From: Lama glama | Taxonomy: Eukaryota | DNA: 64,000 nucleotides | Direction of reading: 5' to 3' | NCBI GenBank assembly: GCA_028534125.1 | Contig: CM052816.1 | Location: 93,498,001-93,562,000 of the forward strand | Shown: positions 1 to 13,573 of the stretch, in pieces | Layout: each line of letters starts with the position of its first letter | Numbering within the stretch: position 1 is the first letter of the stretch | The notes under the pieces: model-generated | What the model was told of the DNA's origin: nothing | Databases searched by the model: none | Seen by the model: only the letters and a program-made list of their open reading frames with translations | Position numbers and translations under genes: made by a program

Positions 1-699
1 TCCTAATAGTAGCGTAACAGTATGATTTACTAGTTGTGATCTCATTGTAGAATAATAACTGCACAACTTAAAGAGCTATCTAAAAAATGACATATGTTCA
101 CACCATCACGTCCCCATGACTGCAGTAACACTATTTTGCCATTGAGCTGAAAGCAGAAATAAAGAATGCTTCAGTTATTTACTTAAGGTTACATAACAAT
201 TTGATAGTGGAAGATCCATGGAACTTTGTACCATCTTTTTATATACATTGGTAAACAGTTACTTGCCCATTTTATTTTAAAAAGTCAGTCAATTATCAGA
301 ATATTATCTGGGTAGTTATTGATAGACTAGGATTTTGCAAACTGGTGGCAAATTTGTACCTTACAAGACAACAAACATAGGCGGGTGTTACGCTGAGTTC
401 TTGATTCAAGCTGTTTAGCAATGACTTTAATTCCCCACCTTTCCACCAGTTTCAGGGCTTCAATCTGAGAACCTTGCCTTGGTAATCTTGAAGCGGAGTT
501 ATCTCCTAGGCCTTTTATGATGCCAGTTAAAATGAACCCATTCTAGAGTTTGCCTGTCACACTCTTCTTACTTCAAATAACCAGACTGATTGATTACCAA
601 TGTAAGATCTCAAAACAGTAGATTTGTTTCATTCTAACTTTGGTAAGATTTTGGAGAACTCAGGATTATTTACCAAGTAGTCTGCTCTCCTCTTTGCAG

Positions 700-870
700 C
701 CCCCACTTTTCCTGGGAAGACTTTTGTTGCACTTTTGACTCAGGAGCAGCCACGTGAACTTGCTCTGGCTAAAGACACTTGGACTATAGTGACTTGTGTC
801 ACCTTCAGGCAGACACTTCATTATCCTGAACACAACCTGCTATTCCTCTCTTCTCTCTCCCACAACCATG
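700..870 (+). mobile_element. Old MaLR LTR fragment (MLT1H/I/J-like)
   Basis: 'ccacgtgaacttgctctggctaaagacac...gtgacttgtgtcaccttcaggcaga' resembles the MLT1 motif ccatgtgacttgctttggccaat...gtgacgtgtgtcacttc. Confidence 0.5.
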
Positions 871-1630
871 GGTCATTCCCAAGACACTGAGAATTTTCCC
901 TTTCAACTTTGAACCTCCTCCCCTTCACTCCTACAATCAAGCCCCTGGTCTGGCCTGTTTGATGTCTACTACTTAACCGGGGATCTCTGAGTTACTTAGC
1001 TGCCAGCTCATTCTTCATGCCTTTAACTGCAGAAGTCCAACATCACCTTTGAATTTTCCAAGTAGAAAAACAGTCCTGTGAATGAAAAGGAGAAACATCT
1101 GAGAAGTAGAAGGTCCACAGTACCAACTGATTAACTAAGGTTTTGCTGAAACTTGAACCCCATTTTCACTCTTTCCTATTGGTTGATAGGAAGGCAAGTA
1201 TCATCCCTGAAGCATCTTAGAATCTGCCCCATTAGCCTTGTCCCTCTTGACCTCTTGGTTCCGAGGGAGCACAAAGAGTGTCAATGCATATGTGAATGCC
1301 GATCATGAGGCTGTTGCTATCAGTTTTCATACAGGCTAAAATTATTCATTTCTATTAAAGTAGCCATTGTGCAAAACTCTGAGATATGAGTGACAGAGAT
1401 ATTCCTCTCTCGACCTACTCAGCTTCTTGGCCTACCCTGTCCAGAACAAAGTGTCATCCTGTCCCCTTCCTTTCCTTTTCCCACCCACTTCTGAAATTTC
1501 TGCAGGAGTTAAACTGCCTTCCCATATGTTAGTCAAGATGCATTCTTTTGCTTTCTTGGTGCTAATTTGATATTTCTTTTCATTCAGTCTCATGCTGGTG
1601 ACTTCAATTCTCCCCCTTTCTGCAGCAGGA

Positions 1631-2090
1631 CTAACAATCATGGGAGCTAGCTAGTCTCTGCAAGGCTGCTGTCTTTGAGTCTGATGCTGGAGGTTGAAGC
1701 CCACATGGTGATGGGAAGCTGGAGGTAAGGAGGGAGAGAGTGAGAACAAGGTAATAATCACAGGTACAAGCTGGACCCCACCAGAGGGGACTGAAACGTG
1801 TGTCAGCCCTTTTTGCCTCTGCCCTAGGTGGAATGGGTCTCCTGTGGGAGCTGGGGCTCATGAAGCTAAACACGCACACGTGGGCCAAGAGTTGGAGAAG
1901 CCAAAGTAGGATCCAGGGGAGGATGGAGCAGTTGCAGCCCCAGCTGCTCCTCACACCAATGGTGTGAGTCAGCAGGCCAGCGACAGCATACAGGAGCTAA
2001 AACCGGCTGCTCCTTTGCTTCCCCTCTCCAAATTTTGTACAAGCATCTCTCTTATAAACTGCTGTAATAGAAACATATAGGACCAATCAG
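1631..2090 (-). mobile_element. Possible ERVL-type LTR relic, family unassigned
   Basis: GC-richer island with LTR-like composition; the ORFs over it have no recognisable homology. Confidence 0.3.
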
Positions 2091-2421
2091 AGGTCAAGCA
2101 GAAGATATTCAACTTTACAATTTTTGCTTCAGATGACTCTGAAGCTTTGAGTTTGGCTAACTTGGAAAATGGTGGAAGGTATCCACAAAAAGAGGGAAGA
2201 TAAAAGAAACACTGGTTAACACATTGGTAGAAATTGCCAAGAATCAAATATGTTGCTTTCGAGCTGCCATTAGCCTTGCATAGCTCTCCTTTAAACATTA
2301 TAAAATTTAGTGAGCATTCACTATATTCCAGGAAGTATCTAAAATATTTTTTATCTTTATAATACCTTATATTAGATAGATACTCTATATCTCTTGATTT
2401 TGAAGAAAAGAAACACACTAT

Positions 2422-2530
2422 CACTTGCTTAAGGTCATACAGTAAATAACTGGCAGAGCCAGGATTGGAAGCCAGGCAGACCCACTGAGGAAGTCACTGG
2501 CTTTTCCAGGATGCAACACTGCCTTACTGC
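2422..2530 (-). mobile_element. MIR SINE fragment
   Basis: 'acttgcttaaggtcatacagtaaataactggcagagccaggattggaagccaggcag' matches the reverse complement of the MIR core. Confidence 0.75.
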
Positions 2531-2958
2531 TGCTCTATGCAGTTGGAACTGCCACCTGATTTGTTGTCAGGGTATCAAACAGACTTGATCTTAATGAACT
2601 TTTCTAGCAAGTCACAGAGCCTGAGAATACCAAGAATAAAGGTGAGGTAAATGTTTTGTGCCAAATATAACAATATTGCTGGAAATTCTATCTTCTTCAT
2701 TCACTGAGGTTTGTTTGTTTCCTAAGATACTATCAAACAGCAGTTCACTGAAGAGAAGAAAAAAGAAAAACATTGACAGCTAACAGAAAAATGTGAGATA
2801 AACTGTGCAAGAACAGAATAAATAATATGCGCCTCAAACCTTGCCTAGAAATTCCACTTAAAAAATCTTTTAAAATAAATATCAGAAGACTACTTTGTCA
2901 ATATTGTCTATAGTGTTGGCAGGGATTATCATAACTTCCTAATTTAGGTTTCTGGCTC

Positions 2959-4076
2959 TATATTAATTTTATATTTTTGTGTAACAAATTACCATAAACT
3001 TAGTATCTTAAACCTACACACATTGACTATTATCAGTGTTTTGTAGGTCAGAAGTCCAGGCTGACCTAAGGACTCAGATGGGTCCTTTGTTTAGAGTCTC
3101 ATGAGATCAGAATCAAGAAATTAGGCAGGCTGAACTCTGAACTGGAGGCTGTGGAGAAAAAATCTGTTTCCAAGATCATTCTGATTATTGGTAGAATTAG
3201 TTTCTTGCAGTTATAGGACTGAGGGCTCCGTTTCCCTTGTTAGTCCTGTGGCTGGGGGCTGCTGTCACCTTCTAGAGGACTCTAACCCATCCCCCAACAT
3301 GGTCCCCTCCATCTGGCTGCTGTAGGGGAGCAAAATTTGCCCCTCCAAAATGTGTCTCTTTGACATGAGGATTAATTTAAGCTGATCTTTTTTCTCCTAA
3401 GAAACAAAAGACTTAGGAAGCTTTCCTTATTATCTCCTTAACTGCCTAAAAGAATTTAGATAAAGAGCGTGTCCCCAGAATAGAGCTATCACTAGAGATT
3501 CTGCAAAGAACATGGGCTAGGTTTTGTGGGGGAGACCTAGCAGGGCCTAGAGATCAGAGTTCTCTCTGTGTCCTGTTGTCTCTGCCTGGTCCAAGCAAAC
3601 ATTTGCTTTCCATCTCCAATCGAATTGCCTTCCTCCCCTTTGGAGTCCCAAACCACTACCCTCAACACCCACTTCTGTATTTAGGTGAAGATGGTATTTA
3701 AGGTGAGGGTTTTGGCTCTTTTGTCAGATTACTGTTTTCTTGGGTTTCTCCCCTGTATACATGCTATTAAAGAGTTTTGTTTGCTTTTTTTCCTGTTGAT
3801 CTATCTCATGTCAATTGAATTTTTAAGCCAGTCAGAAGAACCTAGAAGGGCAGAGGAAAATTTCTTCCTTTCTGATACTTGCAACAGTCTTTGTGCCTCT
3901 AATTTCTCTGAGTTCTTCTAGTGCCCCAGTCAGAGAAATCTCTGCCTTTAAAAAACTTGTGTGCTTAGATTAAGGCCACTGGGGTAAACTCTTTTTGTCT
4001 TATAGGTAACAAAATCATGAAAGTAACACCAGAGCCTAAAGGTCATGAAAACCACTTTAAAATTCCACTTAGCACA
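2959..4076 (-). mobile_element. MaLR solo LTR (MLT1D/E-like) split by a nested ERV1 LTR
   Basis: 'gtaacaaattaccataaacttag...tcagaagtccagg...' start and 'aaattccacttagcaca' end; MLT1 similarity stops at 3320 and resumes near 3879. Confidence 0.75.
3321..3878 (+). mobile_element. ERV1 solo LTR, MER34-like
   Basis: Starts TGTAGGGGAGCAAAATTTGCCCCTCCAAAATGTGTCTCTTTGACATGAGGATTA (MER34-type 5' end); TATA-like ggtatttaa near 3692; ATTAAA near 3766. Confidence 0.75.
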
Positions 4077-4519
4077 TACAGGTTATGACTGAGATAGAAG
4101 AACTGAAGATAAGTAGGTTGGGACAAATTAAGACATGTACTTACTGCAACTTATGAAATGAAATATAGCAATGAAAAAGATTTCACTTAATGTGACCATT
4201 AAGGGAAAATTTATCAACCCTTCCCAAGAAGCTTATCAGAATATATGGCCTACTTTTTGTAATTTGTTCAGCCACAAAAATGAGTCATTCTTAATTCAGG
4301 AAGGTTAAAAAAACTCTCAAAGTGAACTTTGTTAAAATTTCATGGAATATACACCTATAAAAGCTTTGCTATATATCTTGCTCTGGTTTGCCTCTGATAG
4401 TGGATTTCCTAATATTCTTGACATGCTTGAACTTGAAATAGAAATGTGTCTCCTTAAATACTACCAGCAGATAATATTTGTGGGAAGATGTAGTTGGAAG
4501 TTTGTTAAGATGGAATCTC

Positions 4520-4549
4520 ACTCTCTCTCTCTCTCTATATATATATATA
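4520..4549. repeat. (CT)n(AT)n compound microsatellite
   Basis: Directly visible. Confidence 0.95.
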
Positions 4550-4689
4550 TGCATTTCATTTTAAAAATTCGGATGTGAAGATGATTAGAGCACAGAGGAT
4601 ATTTATAAAGGGCCAGGAAGTTAGAATCCAGAGGAAGAGATTGTAGATGATGCTTCACTAAAAAGAAATGCCAGCTGTGGGTGATTATT

Positions 4690-4720
<31 letters not shown>

Positions 4721-4732
4721 TATATATATATA
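4690..4732. repeat. (AT)n microsatellite
   Basis: Directly visible, one interruption. Confidence 0.95.
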
Positions 4733-6319
4733 AAATGTCCCTTTTCCCTCAGATATGTTCATTTTCCTCATCTTCGCATCTATTTCCACGTTAGTCCCAA
4801 CCATTTTGAAAGTGAACCAACCAACGACCTTGGTCATTCAATAGAAGAAGGAATCCAGAAAATGTTTCACTGAAAATTGGTATTCCATATCCAATTTAAG
4901 AAGTCCTCCTCACATTCCATTTCTCTCCTTAATCTAGATTCTCACTCGTGTACCTGATTGGCTAGGTGCACCCCCATAGTCCTTGTAAGGAATCTGTGCC
5001 AACAAACAGAGTAAATATCTTAAGTAGCAAAGCACTCAATTTAAGCACACTTAAGTACTTAATGCTTCCTCTCAAGAACTCCTGGAAAGTCCTTTCAATT
5101 ACTCCAACAAGGTGGTTCCTGTGGGTAACTGTCTCCAATTTATACTGGACTCTGCTCTACAAAACTGACCTCGATTTCTTTCTATCTAAATCTCTCATTG
5201 TCTTCCATCTTTTCTAGATTTGTCTCCCTTTAAGCTCCTCCCACCTCCCTCGCCCCACAAATGATTATTGCTTTCCACTTCTTTAATGTGCACCTTCATT
5301 TATCAAATGTTACATCCCATCTCTTTAGATCATCAAGATTCCTTGTTATATCCAGAGGCACATGTTTTGCATCTAATTAGGAAACATTCCCTTCTCTATA
5401 ATTACGGAAGGAAAAATAAAAGATGTAATTCATCATGTAGGCAATTCTATAGATAAATCTTTTTTGGCTTAAAAAGAATATTTTAAATTGTTTTCTTGAC
5501 TCAAGCCTCCAATCCTGTAAGCTATCCTTATCACACATACTCATTAATCTAGATATGAGACTTTTAAAAATAAAGATGACATTTATTGTGACTTCCTTAG
5601 AGCTTTCAACATGTCTGGTGAGCAAGATGGGTTGCTATTCCTTAGTAACTGAAGCTTCCGAAAAGCTGGTAGCAATAAGGAAAAGCTCATTAGAAAAATG
5701 CTGTGATCTGAGATAGGCATGAAAAGAGAGCGTCTCCTTCAGACTTCCCTGATGATAAATACCAAGAACTAACTAGGGATCATCTGAGGTTTTACTCTTC
5801 TTGCAAGTGAGCCTGCCACAGTTTCGTGGACTCTATCAATCAAGTAGACACGGGGCTATTGGGTTCATTACTCAAGCAATAAGTTTATGCAGGGTACAGC
5901 ATTTACCCTGCTTCCCTGGGCCCTGATTGGCAGGTGGCATGACTAAGCCACACTGGTTGCATTGCAAGAGAGGAGCCATGAGCTTGGGAACCCCCTTTTT
6001 TTTTTAAATAATGGGATGTAAACCTGTCTGACTTTGCCTCTGTGGGTGACATTATCTTTATTACACCACATTGTAAACAAATCTGTCTTTTGTTCCTGAA
6101 TGGCACATTGTCTTTTTTCAAAGGATTTTGCTGTACAAATACTTTTGAAAAGATAGTCCAGAACAAATGTAGTCAGTGCCCACAAAATGTACAGAAACGT
6201 GAAAGATACATGGAGAATTGGCTCCCCAAAATGTGTTGTTGAGATTGGAAGAGACAGGTATGAACAGTAGCCTAAGGCCATTTAGACAAAAGGGCTGATG
6301 CAAATATTCAAGTCAGCCT

Positions 6320-7095
6320 TGGTGTCATCTTGGATTCTCACCTTTCCTTCACTTGCCACCTGTCCCCATCAAATCTATCAGCCTATCAAGAAGTCTGATT
6401 GACTGCCTTCAAAATACCTGTCAAGCTTAGCCATTTCTATGTATCCACTGCTGATTCAAGGTACCTTCATTTCTCCCCTGCACTGCTGTAATATGTAATA
6501 GCCTCTTATTTTTTTGTGTGTGTGTTTTCTTTGTTCCTTTCCTGTCCCTTTATAGTCTGTGTCCGTGGAGCAGTCAGAGTAATCATAGTGATCATTTCAC
6601 AACCTCAAGTCAGATCATGTAAATCCCTCTTTAAAGTCTTTCAATAATTTCTAACTTAGAACCTCAATAATTTCTAACTTAGAACCTCAAACCCCTTGGC
6701 ATACTAGGACAACTTCATCAAGCCTCTCTTCCAGTCCTTGATTGGCACTGTTTTTATTTTTCCTGAAATGCTCTTCTGTCATATGCTTTGCATGTCTGGT
6801 TCCTGATCATTTTTTATCTCAGCTCCAAGATTTTCTCCTCTTTCAGTCTTCTACTTTCCTCACCAACAAGCTCACTATCCATATAATTATATAGATAACC
6901 AAATAGAAACTTTGTTCACTAGTTTTATATCATGCACCATTATGTATCATCGTATTATCTGACTTAAAAATGTTCTCCTTGTCTCATCCCAGCCTTAAGG
7001 TAGCCTCTTAAGATCAGAGACTTTGGCCCTTTTGATCAGTTATTTCCTTAACACTTAGAGTGGTGCCTATCATTGCTTAGATAATATTTGTTGAA
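6320..7095 (+). mobile_element. L2 LINE 3' portion
   Basis: 'gtcatcttggattctc...tcagatcatgt...' and L2 tail 'gtgcctatcattgcttagataatatttgttgaa'. Confidence 0.7.
6641..6690. repeat. Perfect 23 bp tandem duplication
   Basis: tcaataatttctaacttagaacc at 6641-6663 and 6664-6686, followed by tcaa. Confidence 0.95.
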
Positions 7096-7420
7096 ACATT
7101 GTAGGACCCCATGGCTCTTAATTCAGCCAAGGATACAGAGATTTTAGAACTTTTCTATGTTCCTATCCCATGACCACCAAAGATGGGTGAAGCCTGTGTC
7201 CTGTTGCCCCTGGCAACCTTAGCAGAAGTAGCAACAATATATAATATATAAATTATCTGAGTGGCATGAGGATTCTGCACAGGCTCTGGGCAGCCGAGGA
7301 GGATTACCATAAAAACCTAAAAGCATGGTACCCAACAAGAATTAGAGAAAAATCATTGTTGTTAGAAAACCTAGGGAACCTGTGCAGCAGCACCCAATAC
7401 ACATAGCACTTGTTTACTTA

Positions 7421-8298
7421 CTTTTAATAGACTTTAATTTTTTAGAGCAAAATTGAGCAGAAGATAGAGATTTCCCGCATACCTCCCACCTCCACACATG
7501 CATAGCCTCCCCCATTATCAGCATCTCACACCAAAGTAATATTTTAATTGCAACTGATGAATCTACAATGACACATCCTTATCACCCAAAGTCCATACAT
7601 TCCATTAGGGCTCACTCTTGGTGTTGTATACCTGTGGGTTTAGACAAATGTATAACAGCATGTATTCATCATTATAGTATCATACAGAGCATTTTAACTG
7701 CTCTGAAAATCCTTTGTGTTCCACTTATTTATCCTACTCCCCTAACCCCTCATGACTAGTGATCTATTTACTGTCTTCATAGTTTTACTTTTCCCCAAAT
7801 ATCATATAGTTGGAATCATAGGGTATGTAGCATTTTAAGTCTCCATTTCCATTAATTCCATTAATATGCATTTAAGTTCCCTCCATTTCTCTTGATGCCT
7901 TAATTGCTCATTTCCTTTTAGAGCTGAGTAATATTCCATTGTCTGGAAGCACCATAGTTCATTTAGCCATTGGCTGACTGAAGGACATTTTGGTTGCTTC
8001 CAAGTTCTGGCAGTTATGAATAAAGCTGCTATAAACATCTGTGTGAAGGTTTTTGTGAGACCTAAGTTTTCAATCCCTTTGAGCAAATACCAAGGAACGC
8101 AATTGCTGGATTGTTTGGTAAGAGTGCTTTCAGTTTTGCAAAAACAAACAAACAAACAAACAAACAAACACACCATCAAACTGTCTTCCAGAGTGGTTAT
8201 CCCATTTTGCATTACTGCCAGCAATGAATGAGATTTCCTGTTGCTTTACATCATTGCCAACATTTGGTGTTGTCGGTGTTCTGGATTTTGGCCATTAT
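7421..8298 (-). mobile_element. L1 3' end (L1MC1-like): 3'UTR plus decayed ORF2 C-terminus
   Basis: ORF 7835-8224 contains 'FIAALFITARTWKQPKCPS..WL.ELW...TMEYYSALK' (L1 ORF2 C-terminus); characteristic 3'UTR; internal (AAAC)n near 8141-8170. Confidence 0.9.
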
Positions 8299-9144
8299 AA
8301 GCTTTCATTTTCTTTCCCTTTTTTTTTTTCCTTTTCTGGTACAGAGGACAGAGCTTGAAAGATCTGAGTACAGAGTAACTTATATTATTATCTTGCAACT
8401 ATAGGTTGGTCGTCTGGAAATAACTGTTTAAATTTTTGCCCACATTTGGATTTGCATAGCTTACAGGTAGTGGTTAGCCCGAACCAGCATCCTATCTTCT
8501 CTAGTTTCACACAATATAGAAAACAAAAGCCAACAGTAGGATAAATCAAAATATTAGGACTCAGTATTAACTTTTAATAAGAAGTTTATTATTAGCAATA
8601 ATAAAATATATCTCTTAATAGTAATATTAACAAACCTACCTTCACAATTATCTTGTTTCAGAAACAATCCTGGTAAAGAATAACTTTTAATTGTTTTCAA
8701 TAGGCAGGTGTTCAATTAACTTAATGAGCACTGATATAGGACATTATAAGACAATGCTGGTGTCATAAGAATACAATCTTACCTTTGAATTAAGTATCAT
8801 TTATTTTAAGCCTGAGGAAACTTGGAATTAAAGATGGGACACAAGAAAATCAGCTTCATGGAAATACGATAGTTATTCTAGTTTCATTGTGGAAAAGAGT
8901 GAGTCCGGAGGATATTTCAAATCATAAATAAATTCATGATGGAGAGCTATCCCAAGCTTATAAAAATTCTCATAAGTTTGATACAGGACGTTCAGGTGAT
9001 TTTTTATTTCATAACCAAGTTTTTCATTGTGTCCTCATAATATATATTTTATTGTGACTTAAAAAGAGATCTTATCTTTTTTCTCATCTCTCAGCAACCT
9101 AGAAATTTTGTCTACATTAGGAAACTACCACCACCTTTTGATAA

Positions 9145-9581
9145 TGTATCAGTTTCCTAGGGCTGCCATATCAAATTATCACAAACTAAGTGGCTTAAAA
9201 CAACAGAAATTTTTTGTCCTACAGTTCTGAAAGGGCAACATCTGAAATTAAGGAATGGGCAGGAATTCTTTCTGGATCCTGGAAGGGAGAATTGCTCCAT
9301 GCCTGATGGCTGCTGGCAGCTTTTGCGTCCTTAGCTTGTAGTTGTGTACCTCCAGTCTCTCCCTCTGTCTGTCCATGGTCTCTCTCTCTCTGTGTATTTC
9401 CCCTTGTCTCTTCTAGGGACACTCATCGTAAGACTGACGGCCCCCTCAAGATAATCTTAGATGATCTCACCCCAAGATCCTGACCCTACATACATAGCAA
9501 AGATGCTTATTCCAAATAAGGCCACGTTCTAAGTTTCTGGGTAGACATGGAATTTTGAGGGACACTATTCTATCCATTACT
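9145..9581 (-). mobile_element. MaLR solo LTR (MLT1C-like)
   Basis: 'tgtatcagtttcctagggctgccat...gtggcttaaaacaacagaaattt' to 'gggacactattctatccattac'. Confidence 0.85.
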
Positions 9582-9779
9582 GGTGACAAGAAACTGTTCT
9601 GGAATGAATGGAGCAACCAATTGCTGCAGGAAGGTTCCTGTGCTTTTGTGAGAAGGCAGTTTTAAAAAGTACAACTTCAGTAGCATAAAGATTATAAAAT
9701 ACATAAAGACAAACTTTTAAAATACATGCATGACCTCTAGAGAGAAAAATCTAACTTGACATGGGTCAAGCATAAGTGT

Positions 9780-11005
9780 GATAAGAAAAAAAACTTTTAG
9801 AAGAAAACCCAGGAGAAAATTGTAGTAACCGTGGGTTAGGAAAAGGTTTCCTGAATGTAAGAAACATGAACTATAAAATAATTGACAAATTAATATCTTT
9901 TACTCTTTGAAAATCATTGCTTATTGCCAGGACTGTGTAGGTGTTATCATGGAAGGGTAGCATGAAGGGGTTCATTTGTGGTGATAAAACAGTTCTGTAT
10001 CTTGATTGTTGTGGTGGTTACACAAATCAATGCATGTGATAAAATTACATAGAGCTATACACACACATACATATACAGTGTGTCTATATATATATATACA
10101 CACACACACAAGTGCTGATGAAATCTGAATAAAGTCTCTAGTTACTAATATTGTGCCAATACATCCTGATAAAGAAATAGACAAAAGACTTAAGCAGACA
10201 TTTTACCAAAGAAGAGGTACAGATGGAAAATAAACACATGAAAAGATGTTCAACATCATTAGTCATGAGTCAAATGCAAATACAAAGCATAAGGATATAG
10301 AACCACACAGCTACTAGAATGGCTAAAATTACCACTGAGGAAAAAAAGTGTTAGTGAGAATGTGGAACAACTAGAATACTAATAAATTATGGATGGGAAC
10401 ACAAAATGATACAACTACTTTGAAAGACAGTTGTATACTTTCTTATAAATTTAGACAATTAACATATGATGTAGCAATTCTACTTCTAGAGAGTCATCTG
10501 ATAAATGGCAGCATATGTCCACACAAACACTTGTATATGAACGGCAATGAAAGCTTTATTAGAAGTAGCCAGAAACTGGAAACAAGCCAAAAGTTCTCCA
10601 GCTGATGAGTGGGTAAACAAGTAGTAGCATGTTCATTTGATGATATACTACAGGACAATGAAATAGAGAGACTGCTGAGACATGCAACCTAATGTAAAGG
10701 AAAAGAAGTCAGATTCAAGAGCCTATATTCTGTATACCGCAATTTGTATGAAATTCTCTAAAAGGAAAATTACAGAGATAGAAAGCAAGTCAGTGATCGC
10801 CCGGGGCAGGAAGTGGATAAAGAAAATTGATTGCAAAGTGCCTGAGGAAGTTGTTTAAGGTAATGAAAAATGTTCTAAATCATACAACTAAAATGTGGTT
10901 ACACAATCGTATGCACTTTGAAAACTCAACAAACTGTACAGTAAAATTAGTGAATTTTATTTTATATAAATCAGAATTCAATAAAACTCATTTAAAATTT
11001 TTTTT
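9780..11005 (+). mobile_element. Composite old L1 3' fragments; an L1MC/MD-like 3'UTR piece (~9930-10160) sits within an L1MB/ME-like ORF2/3'UTR
   Basis: 'aaacttttagaagaaaac', 'cacatgaaaagatgttcaacatcattagtcat', 'agccagaaactggaaacaa', 3' aataaa near 10980. Confidence 0.8.
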
Positions 11006-11559
11006 TAAAGGCAGAAGAGGATCACAGAATTGGATCACTGGAAATTTAAATGACTTCAGAATCTAAATTGAAAGAAATTTGAATGAATCTGCAAGAATAT
11101 AATCCATGGAAAGAGACAACAAATAATAATACTTGAGATTTTTAGACTTTAAGGCTTGTTTCTGTATTATGCTTTTTGCCTACAAACAACTAATGCCTAC
11201 AGTTTTACCTTTTAACAATGGCATCCAGTCTCTAATGGAACTTTCCCTTGGCAAGTAAGAGTGCTCCAGGCTTTTGTATTTAAAAAAAAAATGATATTCT
11301 ACTCCACAAATTTAAAATATCTTTAAATTTCTTTACTTTAAATTTCTCCCTTTTATAGCCAAGCTACTTGGAGGGAAAAAAAAGATATCTCTTCTTGTTT
11401 TCACTTTTCATTTGTTCATTCCTCTGCCTACTGGAATTAGGCTGTTACATAACCCAGTCACCCCTCTGTTTAGGTATATCCCAGTTCAGCAATTTCATCA
11501 GTTTTTCACTTACTTCATTTTTCTACTGACACATTATTGTTGACTTTCTTAATACTTCT

Positions 11560-11810
11560 ATCTGTTCACGTTCCTTCTTTCTTGCTAACAGCTCCTTCCC
11601 AAGGCTATTTTTTCTGATGATTTTTCTTCACATAACTCTTGGTGTTTCTTGGCAATGTGACAAACCTTCTCACTTTGCACATTATTCCAAGTGATCTTTT
11701 CCATGCCCATGACTTTTAAGAGCTGCTTATATGTCGATGATTTCCAGGTCCATATCTCTTTCTTGGAATTTCAAGACCATGTTTATCTACGCCTCCAGGA
11801 TGGCATCCAA
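11560..11810 (+). mobile_element. L2 ORF2 (RT) fragment
   Basis: ttatatgtcgatgatttccaggtccatatctct = LYVDDFQVHIS, matching the L2/CR1 RT motif LYADDxQIYIS. Confidence 0.65.
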
Positions 11811-11884
11811 TACACATTAAAAGGGGTCAGCTAGATGTTTAGAAAACACCACCCAGTGATGTAAACAAATGACCTAGATCTTCA

Positions 11885-12570
11885 TCTGATTATATGAATG
11901 GCTTTGAGTAGCGTGGGCATTTTCACAATATTAATGCTTCTAATTTATGAACATAGGTATCTTTTTATTTATTTGTTTCTTTTTCAGTTTCTTTCATCAG
12001 AGTCTTGTAGTTTTCAGTGACCAGAACTTTCACTTTCTTGGTTAAATCTATTTTTTATTACTTTATTGATGGCTATTGTAAATGAAATTTTCTGTATTTT
12101 CTTTTCAGGCATTTCATTGTTAGTGTATAGAAATGGAACTGATTTCTCTATTTTGTTTTACCTTGCAGTTTTGCTGAATTTATTTATTAGTTCTAACAGT
12201 TCTTGGTTTAGTCTCTGGAGTTTTCTATATATACGAGATCATATCATCTGCAAGCAGAAATTACGTTACTTCTTCCTTTCCAATTTGGATGTGTCTTATT
12301 TCTTTTCCTTGCTTAATTGTTAGGATAGGACTTCCAGGGCTATATTGAGAGGAATAGTGAAAGTGGGCATGCTTTTCTTGATCTTGAGTTTAGAGAAAAA
12401 GCTTTTAACCTTTCACCTTTGAGTTAGCAGTGGACTTGTCATATTATGGTCTTTATTGTGTTGTGGTATCTTCCTTAAAACTCAATTTGCTGAGAGTTTT
12501 TATCATAAAAGGAGGCGTTCCGTCCAAATCTTTTGCATCTACTGATGTGATCGTATCATTTTTGCCTTTC
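11885..12570 (-). mobile_element. L1 ORF2 RT-region fragment
   Basis: Minus-strand translation 'KNDTITSVDAK....PFMIKTLSKL' matches L1 [26 protein letters not shown]. Confidence 0.9.
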
Positions 12571-13225
12571 ACACCCACACTAGTCTCCTTCTTAAAGGAT
12601 CTCTTGGCCCACACACTTAGTATTCTCTTCTCTTTTCTCAGTTTTTGCAACATGAATAGGCTGAAAATTTGCCAAAATTTTAAGCTCTTCTTCCCTTTTG
12701 ATTAATAATTCTGTCTTTAATTTTTTTCTTCACACATTTTAATATAAACATTCAAGAGAAATTAGGCAGCTTTTTCTAGACTTTGCTTAGAAATTTCATA
12801 AGCCAAACATCCAAATATCCATTGCTCACAAATTTTACCTTTTATACAACACTACTAAACAAACACAATTCAGCCAAGCTCTTTGCCATTTTACAACAGT
12901 AACTAACTTTTCTTCAGTTTCCAATGATATGTTTCTCATTTCCATCTGAGACCTCATCAGAGTGAGCTTTACCATCTATACGTCTGCAAATTTTCTGTTT
13001 ATGACTGCCGAGAGACTCTACTTATGTAGAGGATTTCTCGACAACTCTCTGCCTCTCCTTCTGAACCCTCACTAGAATTGCTTTTAATGGTCTGTTCATG
13101 GCAATGTAGGCTTTTTTCTAACATGCACCTCAAAACGTTTCTAGTTTCTACCCACAACCAAGTCCAAAGCCACTTCCACATTTTTTGTGTTACAGCAGCA
13201 TTGTTATTTCTTAGTACCAAATTTC
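12571..13225 (-). mobile_element. MaLR internal sequence, 5' part, truncated (MLT1A-int/MST-int-like)
   Basis: 'ttagtaccaaatttc' abuts the LTR; minus ORF 'TQKMWKWLWTW...VLRCMLEKSLHCHEQ' is typical of decayed MaLR-int. Confidence 0.8.
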
Positions 13226-13573
13226 TGTCTTAGTTCATTTCAGCTGCCATAAAAAAAATCCCACAGACTGGGTAGCTTATGCGAAACAGAAATTTGTTTC
13301 CCATAGTTCTGGAGGCTGGAAATTCAAGATCAAGTCACCAGCATTGTCAGGTTCTGGTGAAGGCTGCCAATTTCTCACTGTGTCCTCACATGGAAAGGGT
13401 TCAGGAGCCCTATGGGGGTCTCTTTTATAAGACCACTAGTCCCATTCATGAGAGCTCAACCCTCATGACCAAGTCACCTCCCAAAGGCCTCACTTTCAAA
13501 TACTATCACATTGGGCATTAGGTTTCAATATATGAAATTTGGAGAGTCAGGGGCAAACATCCAGATCATAATA
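13226..13573 (-). mobile_element. MaLR 5' LTR (MLT1A/A0-like)
   Basis: 'tgtcttagttcatttcagctgccat...gttctggaggctggaaattcaagatcaag...catccagatcataata'. Confidence 0.9.
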
